A program made the translations under genes and the position numbers. Below, piece after piece: positions 39,383 to 52,556 of a stretch of DNA of 64,000 nucleotides. Source of the DNA: Hydrolagus colliei (lineage: Eukaryota). How positions within the stretch are numbered: position 1 is the stretch's first letter; each line of letters opens with the position of its first letter. The DNA lies in the NCBI GenBank assembly GCA_035084275.1, contig CM068750.1, forward strand, positions 7,874,001 through 7,938,000, in the 5' to 3' direction. The notes beneath the pieces are model-generated. The model worked only from the letters and a program-made list of their open reading frames with translations. It made no database searches and was not told the origin of the DNA.

Positions 39383-40183
39383 CTAACAAAGAGTGGAAAA
39401 GGTAAATAAATTGTGCTCACTGTGTCTTCTGCTCTTCACCAAGATATCCGACAAACTATCTTCAGCCAGTGATACGACTTATTATTCCTTTTAATAATTT
39501 CCCCTACAATTAAGGACTTCAATTTTCTTATTGGTACACACTCCTCTACTTCACATTTGCTGTGGAATCTGAAACTAAATAATTTCCTTCCAAGTAACAA
39601 AGCATCAATGGGGATCTATGTAATTGTGAATAAACTGGACTTAAAATAATCTCACTGATTCTACTGGCTCGCTCCTTGGTACATCATTTGGCAAGCTTTT
39701 AAAATAACCACTTTGATTTGATTTTCACTGTAAAGAAATAGGATAATCATTTAAAATGTACAAATACAGTAATGAAATGAAGTTTTTTTTAAAAAAAAAT
39801 GTATTCATGCAACTTTCACAACTGAACCTGTGGTTGGGGATAAATTTTTTTTGTTATTTAAAGAACAAGTTCAGATGTTTATACATTTTCTTCCAGTGGT
39901 CACTATTTCAACATACTCAGGGGGGAAAAAAACACAACTTATGCCTAACATGTCTAATAGCGCTGTAAATGAGAAGGATGCACAAGGTCAATAAAATACA
40001 TTTTCTCCAGTATATAGGTCAGAACTTACCCTCCCCCAAGTACAACATACAAACAAAACAGAAATTCAACAAACACACAATGCCATTTAAACCCTCTCCC
40101 CACCCAAGTTAACATTATTTCATTCAACAACCAACATTCAAATAAGTAGAAAAAAAGCTGCGGAACTTAACTGGAATACCGAC

Positions 40184-40291
40184 CTTTTCTCCCTGGAGTG
40201 ATGGTACGGAGTCACGTAAACTATGAAAGCTGTCTTTGATATGGTCCCTGCGTTTGCGCTCCAATGCATTATGGTGAGCTCTTTTGTCTGC
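40184..40291 (-). CDS. MAX: MAX exon (basic region - helix 1)
   Basis: 108 nt, [36 protein letters not shown]; AG/GT flanks. Confidence 0.98.
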
Positions 40292-42730
40292 CTGCAAGAC
40301 AATTTGCATTCCTTAGTATGTATTTAACTTAAAATTGAGCAATTTTCAAAAAAAACACATTTCAGCATTATCTCTTGGTTTCTGCCAACTATTGTTCATT
40401 TTCAACTGAAACATGGATAGGTTTAAAAATACATTTCAGTTGTTGCACATTTGATACTACAATTGAAGAAAGACTGCAGCAGGAACTGCAAATCACCAAG
40501 CATAGTTAAAACCAAGATCCTCAACAAAATGAACTACCAGTTCATTTGGTTTGGTACTACATTTACATAAAAATTAAAATATTCACAAAATACTTGAATC
40601 TTTTATGCCTTTGGAAGCAAAAATGATCAGTTCCAAGCAGATACTTATTTGTCAAATGTAGCCTTGAGTTTTTTTTTGCTTCATCTAACTTGGACTGAAA
40701 TCGACAGTTAAAAGTACAGTGCCGATGAGAACTGTGTAAACTGTAAAAGTGAGAAAAAAAGTACTACTTATCAGTTTGTAAATGGAATATGAATCAATAT
40801 TCCAAAACACACCACACAACTAAAAAAGAACCATAATATGAAGCTTGTCACCATGTGCCCATAAATACAACTACTTTACAGTAAATCCTGTGAAACGTTT
40901 TGAGATGTTTTGTTGACATAAGGCACCATATCCAATATAAGAATTATTCTCTCAAAATATTAAACAGTATCCTCAACAGGGTGGAAAAAGCAGAAACAAA
41001 CAAAAATACTTAACTGGTTTTACAACTATATTAATAATCAAAATTGTTACACCCATGGTAATTTATGCCGTAGGGTTAGGTCACTTTTTCATAATTAGAC
41101 GTATACAACCATTAAGGTGTGCAATTTTATTTAGTCACTAAAATAGTACCTTGTAAACCAGATGAACATTGATAAGGAATGAGCATGAAACTTTGGCATG
41201 GAATTATATTGCCAAAATATATTGTGCAGGTTTCTTGCAGTTGAAATAATTACTTATAAGAAACATTGCTTGAAACCTATGTTGTTGAACTGTGGAAATG
41301 AAGTCTTTGGTCAACCAACTCTTGGTTTATCAACCACACAACAAAAACGTGCACATGGGGCTGGAGGATTGTACACTGGGTCTTCAACCTACAATCAGCA
41401 ATCATTGACATCTGCCCACAAATGTAAATATTACTGCTCATCACATGAAAATGTGCAGGCCTATATTCCACGAAGATTGCTTAAACATTAGCATTTGAAT
41501 ATTTCAAACCACAGGGCTTCATCAGAAAGTTTCAAAAGTGATCCGCAGGCAAAATGCATTTGCCTGTTGCTAACTTTGTTGACTTGTCCAGGGCTCAATT
41601 ACTCGGTACTTCCTGGAGTCCATTTTATGTTTCAATGTGCACAGTTATTAAAACTCTCATGTTAACTCAAGTTTCATAATTGATATATTTAAAAAAATAT
41701 ATTTCGTGCATTGCCAGCACAATAACTTCGTGAAGCATTTGGACAAAATTGAAAAAAAAACATACTTTGTACGTTTACACAACGACAAAAGAGGAAGGAA
41801 ATACAACGTCACGATAAGATCTGAAATGTTTGTTTGTCAGAGCTTGTGTTAATTAAGTACACATTTTGCACGTACGTGAAAAGTGGGGGAGGAGAACACA
41901 TTGCCCTTTTCCCAAAATGTTGGGAAAAGGGCAATGTTAAACGACGGATTTCTGGTACAATGTTTGTCGACCAGAAATAAAGCTTCGATGGTTGTAAATA
42001 GGACGCGCTGAGACTTGTGGGAGGGGATTACACACCGATTTCTATTGAAACCAAAAGAAAATGGACACGACGTCGAGTTTGCAGACACAAAAAAACGCCT
42101 CGCGTCTCGGAAACGGGAAGAGGGGAAATAAATGATCCCGGGGTTTCATTTTGGGGCATATTTAATGATCAGGCCTTCGTTTCAAGATACACACACACAC
42201 ACACACTCACTCTTTCTCTCTATCTCTCTCTCTCGAGGCTTTATAGCTGGCTAATCGCCCTGTGCCAAGCTGTCACGAACAAGCAACACCCTAGTGTTGA
42301 ACTCTCTTCCCTTCCTCCCACCCTCCCTCCGTGCCTCAACATGCACACCGCTTCCCTCCCACCCTCCGCCGGACACTTCGCTCCGCTCCATTTCCTCACA
42401 CCGCCTTTCCCCTTAATAAGGCACATTTGCGGCACTGATTGTAGCCCATTCCTCCCCCGTTTCTCCTTCTGGCTCACGGCCTTCTCTCACTTACTTATAC
42501 ACGCAAGCCAAATCCACACAAGCCAAATTCCCCCCCCCACCACCACCACGAAAAGGCTTCACCCAGCGATGGCGCAGGTGGAGGATGATCGGTTTTATTT
42601 TCGTTACAAAATTAAGGTTTTCTCCCACTATTTGGAGGATTTTTTATGTGGGGTGGGGGAAACAAGTCGTCAATAGGGAGGGGGTGGCAGCCTCTACGTT
42701 AATCCCCCCACCACCAACCCCCTAATGTAC

Positions 42731-42760
42731 CGCTGTGCGGAATCCGCTCGACTGATCTTA
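42731..42760 (-). other. MAX: Homologue of the MAX alternative exon 2, beginning with a TAA stop
   Basis: TTTTTTTTCCTTCAG|TAA GAT CAG TCG AGC GGA TTC CGC ACA GCG|GTACAT = *DQSSGFRTA vs mammalian EEQPRFQSA. Confidence 0.6.
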
Positions 42761-42957
42761 CTGAAGGAAAAAAAACAGGCACAAGTGCACAAATTGATCA
42801 TAAAAGGAGGGGAAATGGGGGGGTGGCCGCTTCACACATCGACGAAGTATGGGGGGAGAAGGGGAATAATCCACAGTTTAAGAAACAGAAAAGAAACGAA
42901 TGGCGGAAAAGGGAGAAAAAAACACACAAAAAAATTGCGTTAAAAAAACAGACTTAC

Positions 42958-42993
42958 GTCACTTTCGACCTCGATATCATCGTTATCGCTCAT
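42958..42993 (-). CDS. MAX: MAX coding exon 1
   Basis: MSDNDDIEVESD, 36 nt, donor GAC|GTAAG; the four constitutive exons total 456 nt = 151 aa. Confidence 0.98.
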
Positions 42994-43189
42994 GCTTTTC
43001 GAACCAATCTTTACGACTTTTTAAAGACACAACACTATAGTTAATGGGTTTGTGACTAGGACGAGGAAAAGGGGGGTAAAAAAAACACAAGGGGGTTGGG
43101 GGGGGGGGAAATAAAAAAAACACAACTGAAAGCACTCGTGACTCCGCTACCACCACCACCCGACAGGCCAGGGACCCCACGGGACATCA

Positions 43190-43460
43190 GCTCCCGGCTC
43201 GGCCCGAGACTGCGCCTGCGCTGTGCTGCCCCAGCCACCCGGGCATGCCGGGATTTGTGGTTTGTTCTCTGTAGTGGCGCCATGTCTACTGCAGGCTCTG
43301 CCACTACATCTCCCGTCGGGCCATCGTTTCACCCTCGGGGGTCGACAGGAACCGGAAATATGTCATCTGTGCAGCGGTGCCAATCGGGATTTGTAGTCTC
43401 TCCCTGTCTTGTTGTTGTCTCTACTTTGCTACGGGCGCTCCCACAATGCTCGGCGGTCGG
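43190..43460. promoter_or_regulatory. MAX CpG-island promoter with NRF1, ETS, CCAAT and four ZNF143/THAP11-type motifs
   Basis: TGCGCCTGCGC 43211-43221; ACCACAAATCCCGGCATGCCC (-) 43241-43261; ACTACATCTCCC 43303-43314; ACCGGAAAT 43351; CCAAT 43380; ACTACAAATCCC (-) 43386-43397; TCCCACAATGC 43439-43449. Confidence 0.8.
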
Positions 43461-44126
43461 AGTGGAGGGGAAAATGGTGGATGTTAGGAAGTTAAATTCA
43501 CCTGCGCGTTGGTAAGGATGGGTCTGCGAGGATTTAAAAACTCTCACCTCCCGTAAATATAATAATAATAAATCATCTTTTAGGGATTCATGTGTTCCCA
43601 ATGAAAGAGTTGCAGCTTGTCCTGAAAAAAAAACATTAGTCCCTGGTGCACGAAACAAAATCTTTCCACTGGAGTCGACCGCCTTTTTAATTTATTTAAA
43701 AATTATTTTTACGTGAACATCGACAGTAATTTGTTCTACTAAAGTCAGCGGTGTTCTTCTTGGTCTGTGTTTCGTGTTTACAGGTCTGTAACAATGAAAG
43801 AACAAGAAAAGCATCCAATGACTTGATTGCCACTCTCAACAGCAGCTTGCACTTGTACTCTCCCTCCAGCAGTAGAACCACATATTGTCAGGATAGGTTT
43901 CCCCAAGTCAATGAGTTTTATCCTGTTTGCCTGTGAGGTCCATCCAGTTACAAGTAGGAGCCAGCTGTGCCCTGTATCGCCACCATTGGGATGGATGGGG
44001 TTGGAAGCTGATGGAGACATCAGGAATAGGAATGGAGTGAAATGTGCAGCTTTCTGCAGTAACTCAGCACCCTGTTCATGTTATTCCAACCCCTGGTTTA
44101 TTCCGATGCGTCTATCGCTTGTTAAG

Positions 44127-44260
44127 TGTCAGCTTGGTTCTGTTGGCAAAACTCACCTCTTGAGTCAAAAGGCTGTGAGCTCAAACCCCATATCAGGACT
44201 ACGGTACTTTGTATTCTGGGATGACACTTACATGCTCTATTGGCCTTGTACTGCAAAGGA
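44127..44260 (+). mobile_element. Old tRNA-SINE head fragment (SacSINE1-like)
   Basis: GTCAGCTTGGTTCTGTTGG...GAGTCAAAAGGCTGTGAGCTCAAACCCC: degenerate A/B boxes; family name from memory. Confidence 0.4.
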
Positions 44261-45993
44261 AAATATTTACTGTTAAAGTGTTGCTGTGCGGGAGTTTTTT
44301 TTTCTAATACTGAGCTTTTTAATGATGACAGCCAAGCTGTGTTTGCTATGATTTCATCAAGCATTCTTTTGAATGGATTTCCAGTTGGGATGAAGTTATG
44401 AATCGGTCTGTATTTTACTGCAAATGATTTATTGGTGTCATATTTATATGTACTTTTAACCCTGGTAGAAGGATTTATGTACAGAAATATTTGAGTTGTC
44501 TTTTGTCCAAGTTGCAATAATAAAATAATTCAGTTATTCTGACATCTTTTTGTTGATAAATCTTATATTTACAACACGTTTTACTATCTTTTATGTTTCT
44601 GCCATAACTTGAGACTTGTTAGCTCTTCTGTGTTTGTATTGAAAGTCAGAACTAATAGTAAGAACTAACTAGATTTCCGTGCGCAATTGGCTGCTAGGCC
44701 AATATTTATGATATCAGGTAACACAACTTCACCTGGCTTTGAAATTGTCACACAAACTGTAAAATTGTTGTCTGAAGTCACGGGTATATGAAATTCATAA
44801 CTGGCAATGATAGAATCACATGAATAAGAATGAAACAGTCAATTAACCCACATGTTAGGGATAAAACACCAGCAATATTGTAGGAAGAGGAGAACTATCA
44901 ATCATGATCACCTTGACCCAATCAGAATAAATGCTTCAGGCCAGAAGAAGAAAGCATACTCAGACAATAATGAGCAACACCATCAACCTGTGCCTCTGGA
45001 TGGAGAGCAGTGGTGAATCTGGTATGTCTTGCAAAATAAAGAGTTTTGTGCTGAATGGTGGTAGATGTTCAGTTAAGTAAATACTGTATACGTGTGGAGT
45101 ATATTTGTGAATGTATGTGACGTGTTTCCTACTGAAATTATTGCACGTGACTGTGGTGTACATCCTCAGAATTTTTTTATTGTTAAACACAATGTTATCA
45201 TAAGTTTGAAGGCCAGCTAAAGAAGCACAGAAACAAACATTCAGCTTGTTCATTGAATAAGCTTCGTAAATCATAAAATCTATTTATTCAGTCCAGGAAC
45301 TGGATACCCTTACTAAATTTCAACACCAATAATAGTTTTGAGATAATCTTTTGTTAGATTTCTTTAAGTAGTTGCTCCCCAAGTAAAACCGAAATATTGG
45401 ATAAGGGAGAGAATAAAGAAAATAACCTATCAGTATTTCTTTTGTTTGTTCACCAATTCTGGGTATAGATTTACCTACTTATTTTCTCAGGTAATAATGT
45501 GTAAGGACCTAAAGAGGTTGGAATTTATTTTGTTAAAAGGGTTGCTATGTTTAGAGAACAAGAGCTTTAATATCATCTGTCTGAATTAAATTAACTTGAT
45601 ACTTTGATAGGATTTGGCAACCACTTTTATTGTACCTATCACCACATTTCTGTGTCGTATTTCTCTCATGTACTTTGCAGCAGCTGTTTTTTGTCACAAA
45701 TATTTCTTTCTCTTCTGAAGGTTATGATGACTCCTTTTCGCTCGGTTACTAGAAAACCGTTTCATATGTGCAAGATAGCATTGGGTATTTTATCCAAGTG
45801 GATATTATTTTTTGTTTGAGTCTTGATTGTTGTCAGTTATATGAACATGGGAAGTGACCAATATTGCTCTCAGCTGATATGTTCATAGAAACACCTTTAA
45901 GCAGATATTATCAGTTTGTGATGAGAAGCAGGAAACCTTAAGATTTTGTTAGGAATGGGATTCCAGAGTGTATGACCTGGAGAGAGGGAACTA

Positions 45994-47545
45994 AACAACA
46001 ACAAAATTACACTTGTATAGCACCTTTCACATCAGGAGGGTGTCCCAATGTGCTGGACAGTCATTGTTTCAGACCTAAGCTAGGGTCAGTGATAGGGAGG
46101 GTAGAGGGAAAGGGGGGAATTTGTGATGATGGATGGGACCATCAAAGAAGAGGGTCTTGAGGCGGGCTTTGAAGGAGGACAGGGAGCGGGCGAGGCGGAA
46201 GGACTACTGGATGGAGTTCCAGTGGTTGGGGGCAGAGTGGCTGAAGGCTCACCCACCATTGGTAGGCCGTGTGGGTCAAGGGATATTTAACAGGCTGCAA
46301 CCTGCTGAGCAGAGGAGACAGGCAGGTTAGAAGGGGGGTTAGAAGGTTGCAGATGTAGCATTGAATGTGAGGACCAGGATCTTGAATTGGATCCTCTGGG
46401 TGATGGGGAGTGAATGGAGTCGGATGAGGATGTGGGAAATGGAGTCACAAAGTTTGGAGCGGTAGAGGACACGGGCTGCAGAATTCTGGATTATCCGCAA
46501 CGTATGGATGGAGGAATTGAGAAGGCCGACAAACAAGGCATTTGTGTAATCGAGCCAGGATGTAATGAAAGGATGAATGAGTTTTTCAGTGGCCTTGGGC
46601 TAAGGTAATGGCATAGTCGGACAATATTGTGGAGGTGAGGGAAGGTAGAAAGTGTCATTGCTTAGATATGGGGGAGGAAAGACAGTTGAGGTTCGAACAA
46701 GACATCTCGGTTCCTAACTGGCATGGTGAGGTTGAGTGTGCAACCATGGAGGTTGATGCTGCCAGGCCAGATGCGTGAAGGCGCTGGCGCAAGCCAATCA
46801 GGAGGACCTCTGTCATGTTGACATTCAACTGTAGAAAGTTAGCTCTCACCCAGGACTTGATGTCTGATAGGCTATCTGTCAGGACAATAGTAATCCCGGA
46901 GTTTTAGTAGAAGAAGAAAGATAGAATTGGGTGTTGTCCGCCTACATGTGGAAGTTAACCCCATGTTTGCAGATGATAGGGGTGCATGTAGATGTTAAAA
47001 AGTAGGGGGCCAAGGACAGAGCCCTGGGGGAACACCACAGGTCACAGTGCAGGGGCTAGAAGAGAAACTTTGTGGGAACAAAGTGGAAACGAGAAAGGTA
47101 GGAGTCGAACCAGGCAAGGGCAGGTCCATGGAGATTGAGCTGGGAGGAGAGGCGGCGTAGGAAGATGGAGTGGTCGACAGTGTCGAAGGCAGCAGAGAGG
47201 GCGAGGAGGACAAAGAGGCAGAGATGTAGGGGTTCGAAGAGGGAATGGTGAGAGAGAAAGGAGTGAAGCTGGAAGCAACAACTCGTTCCAGGGCCTTAGA
47301 GAGGAATGGGAGGTTGGAGATGGGGGTGGTAGCTGGAGTGTTTTTTCAAGATGGGGTGATGACAGCAGTTTTTAGAGGGGTGGGAACAGTGCCACTGGAT
47401 AGGGAGAGGTTGATGATGTTAGTTAGAAGTGGGGCTAGGAGATGGAGCTGGGAGATGAGAGGGGTGGAGATGGGGTCAAGGGAGCATAGCAGGTGGATTT
47501 CATTTTTCGGATGAGAGCAGAGAAGGCAGGGGGAGAGATAGGGTC
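45994..47545 (-). mobile_element. L2 LINE, 5'-truncated (about 1.55 kb), decayed RT
   Basis: Minus strand: TCGVPPG, HM*ADNTQFY, ANFLQLNVNMTEVL, IIQNSAARVL, QRIQFKILVLTF; tail GTGAAAGGTGCTATACAAGTGTAATTTTGTTGTTG. Confidence 0.92.
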
Positions 47546-48919
47546 AAAGGTATATATTTGCCAAGGATATGAAGCAGGTACATGCATGTAATTTTTACAG
47601 TTTACAGGGTCAATGGTCAATATTCTTGTGTATTGGCCAGGATACTAGGGAAAATAATATTTTTCTTTTTGAATACTATTATGGGTTCTAAGTTGGATGG
47701 AGTCTGATAAGAATGATTGAAGAATGTTTGTAGAAGGAGCACCTTGATGGATAATAAGCCTTGTTTTTACCCATTCTTTCTTATGTGATCAGACGCTTCA
47801 ATCACAGTTTTTTGTGGTAATCATAGGTCATTCTGGGAATAATGAATATTATGAAGCTATGGAATGAATTCCCTATCTGAACTCCTTCAATATAGGCATA
47901 ATCAATTCTGCCAGTTGAAATTAAATTATTGGAATAAAGCAAGAAAAAAAATTAAATTAATGCTGCATTGGAACATAACAATGTCTGAGAGATAAATGAA
48001 TGCAGAGTCAATGAAATCACATGGTAAATTAAACTTTATTTGAGCATACAGTTTGAGCGACTCACAAAGGCAAGATAATTAACCCAAACCAGAAATAACG
48101 AATCTGGTTATATAGAGGGCAAACATGTGAGTCATGGAGAAAAAGACTGAGTGGCAATTAAACTTCAATTAGCAAAACTGAGCAATACAAATTGATTAAC
48201 AGGATAAATCTAGAATTACCTGATTATATTTGGGATTGCAGGATTTTTCATTTGTTAATCTTCTGAATAGTGAACTACCTAACTTTTTAGAAAGAAAACA
48301 AACTGGAATGTATTACTCAAAGGGCAATATTTTTAATGGAAAATACTGGAAATCAATCAATCAATCAATCAGCATCAAAATTAGAAAATTGCACAAATAT
48401 TCAGGTGAGCAGCTCCTATCAACATTCCAGATTTTTAAAAGGGTGTTTTAAGTTTTGTATATTTTTCTCCCTGAGGATATATTTGAACAAAAAAAACACA
48501 AGATTGGAAGTGCTACATGCAGAAGTTTCATTATTGAAATCCTCTTAATCTTTTAGACTTGTTTGCTTTTTATTTCAGCTGTGGGAAATGTAATATGATG
48601 CTGAAGTGATTTAGAGCCATACATCTTCTTCCCACTGCAATTCTTCTATTGCACTTAGTAACTAAAGCAAAATACGAATGTTAGGAATTTATTTAAATTT
48701 CCCCAAATTCAAATTTTCCTTTGAATCATAAAACGGAGCGCTACATTTAATCAAACCCTGCAATATTTAAAAAATGCAGCAGGGGGTGCTGCACACTGCT
48801 GGGAATCACATCACAAAGATTTCACTATCTGATCCAGAACTCTTGTGCCTTGTGTGTTTGTAAATTGCAAATAGATAAAACACTTTCAAGACTGAGATTG
48901 ACAGTTTTTTTTTAAAAGC

Positions 48920-49048
48920 TTAAGGGATACGGGGATAGGGCGCGTAAATGGAATTTGGAGAGAAGATCTGCCCAGGTCTTATTAAATGGCGGGGCAGGCT
49001 TGAGTAGCCGAATGGCCTACTCCTGCTCCTAATTCTAATGTTCTTATG
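48920..49048 (+). mobile_element. CR1 LINE 3' end
   Basis: AAGGGATACGGGGATAGGGCG...GCCGAATGGCCTACTCCTGCTCCTAATTCTAATGTTCTTATG. Confidence 0.75.
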
Positions 49049-50967
49049 TAAATGTTGCCCTTTAGTAACTTTCTAAGAGCAACACTACTAAGGTGTTCAA
49101 TGTATTTCGCAGATTCCAAGCACACAAAAATATTTGTCAATACAATTTATGTAATCCCATGTCATGAAAAGGGCATGTCTGTGAGGTCTTTGGATAAGAC
49201 AATGAATCAACCAGACTATTCAGGACATCAACAACAACATCTTGCATTTATACTGTATCAGCACTCTTCAAGTAGGATGGAGTGTCAGAGTGCTTCAGTA
49301 TATTGAGCTGTTAATAAATTGAAATGCTCACATTTTTATATAGCAGTCATTGTCATCTTTTATAAGTGATTCATCATCGGTAATACAACTTCTGGTCTGT
49401 GAAGTCGAATGGAAAGGTCATAACATTAGGCCTTTTACAGCTCAAGTTTACAAGTCCTGCAAACTCACACTTTATCAGGTCTGTGTGGTAACCACCTGGC
49501 ATATTCGCCCTGCAACACTTCCTTTCTTGATTCCCATCTATTGATTAATTGATTATCCTCATCGCCTGGTTCCCTTCTTCTGACTATGCAGCATGACTAT
49601 GGCTTGGGAATCCGTTCTACTCTTTTTGAATTGAATGTCACTCCTTGTTGCTGAATAGTGTATATCATTGTTTTATTAGATTGTGTATAAAAGATGCAAA
49701 TGCCAGTGAATCAATTATTTGGGATTTTGCTGCAGAATGTCAACACATTGATGCAAATTTAGGTGAATTTAATAGATAGCTGATGTCCTATCCGTCTCGT
49801 CAGTTTCATCAACTGCATCTAGACTACGAATATTTACTGGATCATTTCACCCTGACTAGGAGGGTACTACTACTGAGCATGAATGCACATTTCATTTATC
49901 CCATTAATGGCCAAGTTATCTGCTGGGTTTCTTTATTATGATACAAACTGGCTTTAGAACATCCAGTAATCAGCTGAAATTATTTCTTAATGACGTCAAA
50001 ATGATTACTCATTCATGTGAATAACTCGATAAAGAGTGCAGTGATTTTGGTATCTGCTTAGGCAATGCAGCCAGTACAAATAGGGATCTATATAATTGTA
50101 CCTCTGTGCCTACAGTCTGTGAACCCTCCACCCATTCATTTATGAGTCAATGAGCTTTGCCTTAAGAAGGAGGGAGGAGGGAGCATAAATAAATGATCAT
50201 GGGCTGGTTATTATACCTGCTTGTCGCGAAAAAAAATGTTAACTTCTAATTACATGTTACAATCCGGGTATTACCTGTACCATTTATACTTAACCAGCTC
50301 CTGCAGGATACTAACCTCTTGGAAATGTTGTGTAAATGAGGCTAACTGGAAGCAGGAACGATAAGAGAAATAGCTTCATGATGAGACTGTAAAAGAGCTC
50401 ATTAACACATGCTGGATTCATCATTATTGCCAGCTTCTGCTCACATTATCTCGGAAGTGATACAAACATCTTCAATCTGAGCCAGGTCTTAACATTGCAA
50501 TAGTACCCTTCAATCACGTTTGGTTTTTTTTTAATGAACCACACATGAAATGGATGTAAATAAATCCCAATAATTAATGTGTCCTTTCTCTTATGTATTC
50601 AAATCTATCAATGTTCCATTACTGCAGAATGTAAAATCTACTCTTTGCCGCAGTATGTTTTTGATCTTTTATTAACCAGGAGCTCTTTGATCTTATTCAG
50701 ATTGAATTATCAATTTCCTTTCAGACCAAAGTGCTCGGAATCTGACCTGGTTTCAGAAGCAGGCGGATGTGTTCTATGTTATGCCTGGGCTTTCAGCCAG
50801 TGCAACATTGCTATTTGTGTGTGGATTCTTCTGTCATTATATGTTGTAGATCACAGACAAAGCAGAAAAAACTCGATAAGGTGCTATACCAAATGCAAGG
50901 ATTATTATTTTTACAAACACAAGACTAGTTATGGGGAATTGAGATATAAAATAGCTCCCATTTTACA

Positions 50968-51591
50968 ATAATAATAATAATCCTTGCATTTGATATAGCG
51001 CTTGTCACGTCTTCTAGATATCTCAAAGTGCTTCACAGAATATAACAACTGTATGGTTGTTACTGCTAATAATAATCCCTCAAAACATAGGATAGGACAA
51101 ATGTATAGCTACATTTGTATATCTAGTGCCTTTCACGTCAGGCGGATATCCCAAGACGCTGGACAGTTACTGCTTTGGACCCGAGCTGAGGACAGAGGTG
51201 GGGGTTGGGGGTGGGAGGGGGGAATAATGAGTCTTGAGGTGAAATTTGAAGGAGGCCAGGGAGGGGGCAAGGTAGAGGGACTTTGGGATGGAGTTCCAGA
51301 GGTTAGGGGCAGAGTGACTGAAGGCTCGCCTGCCAATGTTTGGGCAGGTGGGTTGGGGGCAAAGTGTAAAGTGAATTGAATGTATATTTGTGAGCTAAAC
51401 ACGGCAACCAATTGCACACAGCAGTGTCCCACAAACAGTCGTGGATTGAAATGACCAATTATTGTTTTTCTTGAGGGATTATTGTTAGGCATGTGGAGTA
51501 AGGAAACTTGCCCAAGGTTTCGCCCAACCTGGATTCGAACACAGGTCTCACCCTTGTAAAGCGAGTGCTTTAACCACCTAGCTACTGGACT
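50968..51591 (-). mobile_element. Deu-SINE split by a nested L2 3' fragment
   Basis: SINE tail 50968-51043 and SINE body/head 51365-51591 join collinearly with the copy at 5064-5410; the L2 tail piece lies at about 51105-51364. Confidence 0.8.
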
Positions 51592-52556
51592 CTACGAACG
51601 TATGTTTTTAAAAATATATATACTGTAAATATAGTACGTTAAATCAGGAATCCCACTGAAATACAACAATTACGTATTAAAAATACAGTTTTGTTTGAAA
51701 CTCAAGGCATGGATTTTTAAAGGCATGCAATTCCACAAGGGCATTTACACTTCTCTTTCAGGATTTGATGCAATGTAAATTTCAATCAGTGTTGGTAACA
51801 TTTCTGAGATTAGTTGGCGTGGAGGTACACAGCAGGATTCATGTAAAACTAGGGTTCTATGTTTCTATAAGACATTTATAGACAATTTGGTTCTTGTACA
51901 ATTTACATACCTGGGTTTAAAAAAAAGTACATTGAATATAATGTCCAGGATGGCTCCAATCACTCTTCCCATTTGTTAAGGTTCCTTCCAAAGCATCAGC
52001 ACCTTTCACATCCAGCGTGTGTGGCGCTGACATTTCTACCCAACTCTTTTCAGCTGTTATTCTAAAGGGGACGGCATGGGGAAAGAGTTAGGTTCATTGT
52101 CATCCTCAAAATAATATTCGTCCAGGTCAATTGTCACGGAGTTTACCCATATATTCAGATCTCCAAATTATAAATTCCTCTAATCTGGATACAATATGTT
52201 CCAAACACACTTAAAACCACAGCATTCCTCAAATGGTTATGCGTATCAAGTGAACCCATTTAACATTGATTTTCAGCTTTGCTTTTCCTTTTCTGAGTTG
52301 TGTAAATCCTTGTAAATTCTAGAATTGTAGAAAATCACAGACATAATTGAAAATATTTGTTCTCATTCGTTAAGCTCTTTAAAGATGGTGATTAAACTTC
52401 TAGTTCTGATTATGCAAATCTGAAATGGATTCAGTTCATAATTCCAAAGATTAGTTACACATTTAAACAAATGTTTACGATTTGGCAGTTTGTCGCTGAG
52501 GTTTTTTTAGTTTTATGTGACTTAAGTTCAATGAAAATTCTGTAGCCTGCGTCAGA

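Noticed and set aside
42017-42676. 219-aa ORF antisense within a MAX intron
   Set aside because: Non-ATG start, contains CA/CT microsatellites, no recognisable domain
45144-45149. CACGTG E-box about 2 kb upstream of MAX (possible autoregulation)
   Set aside because: A single hexamer outside the CpG island; expected by chance
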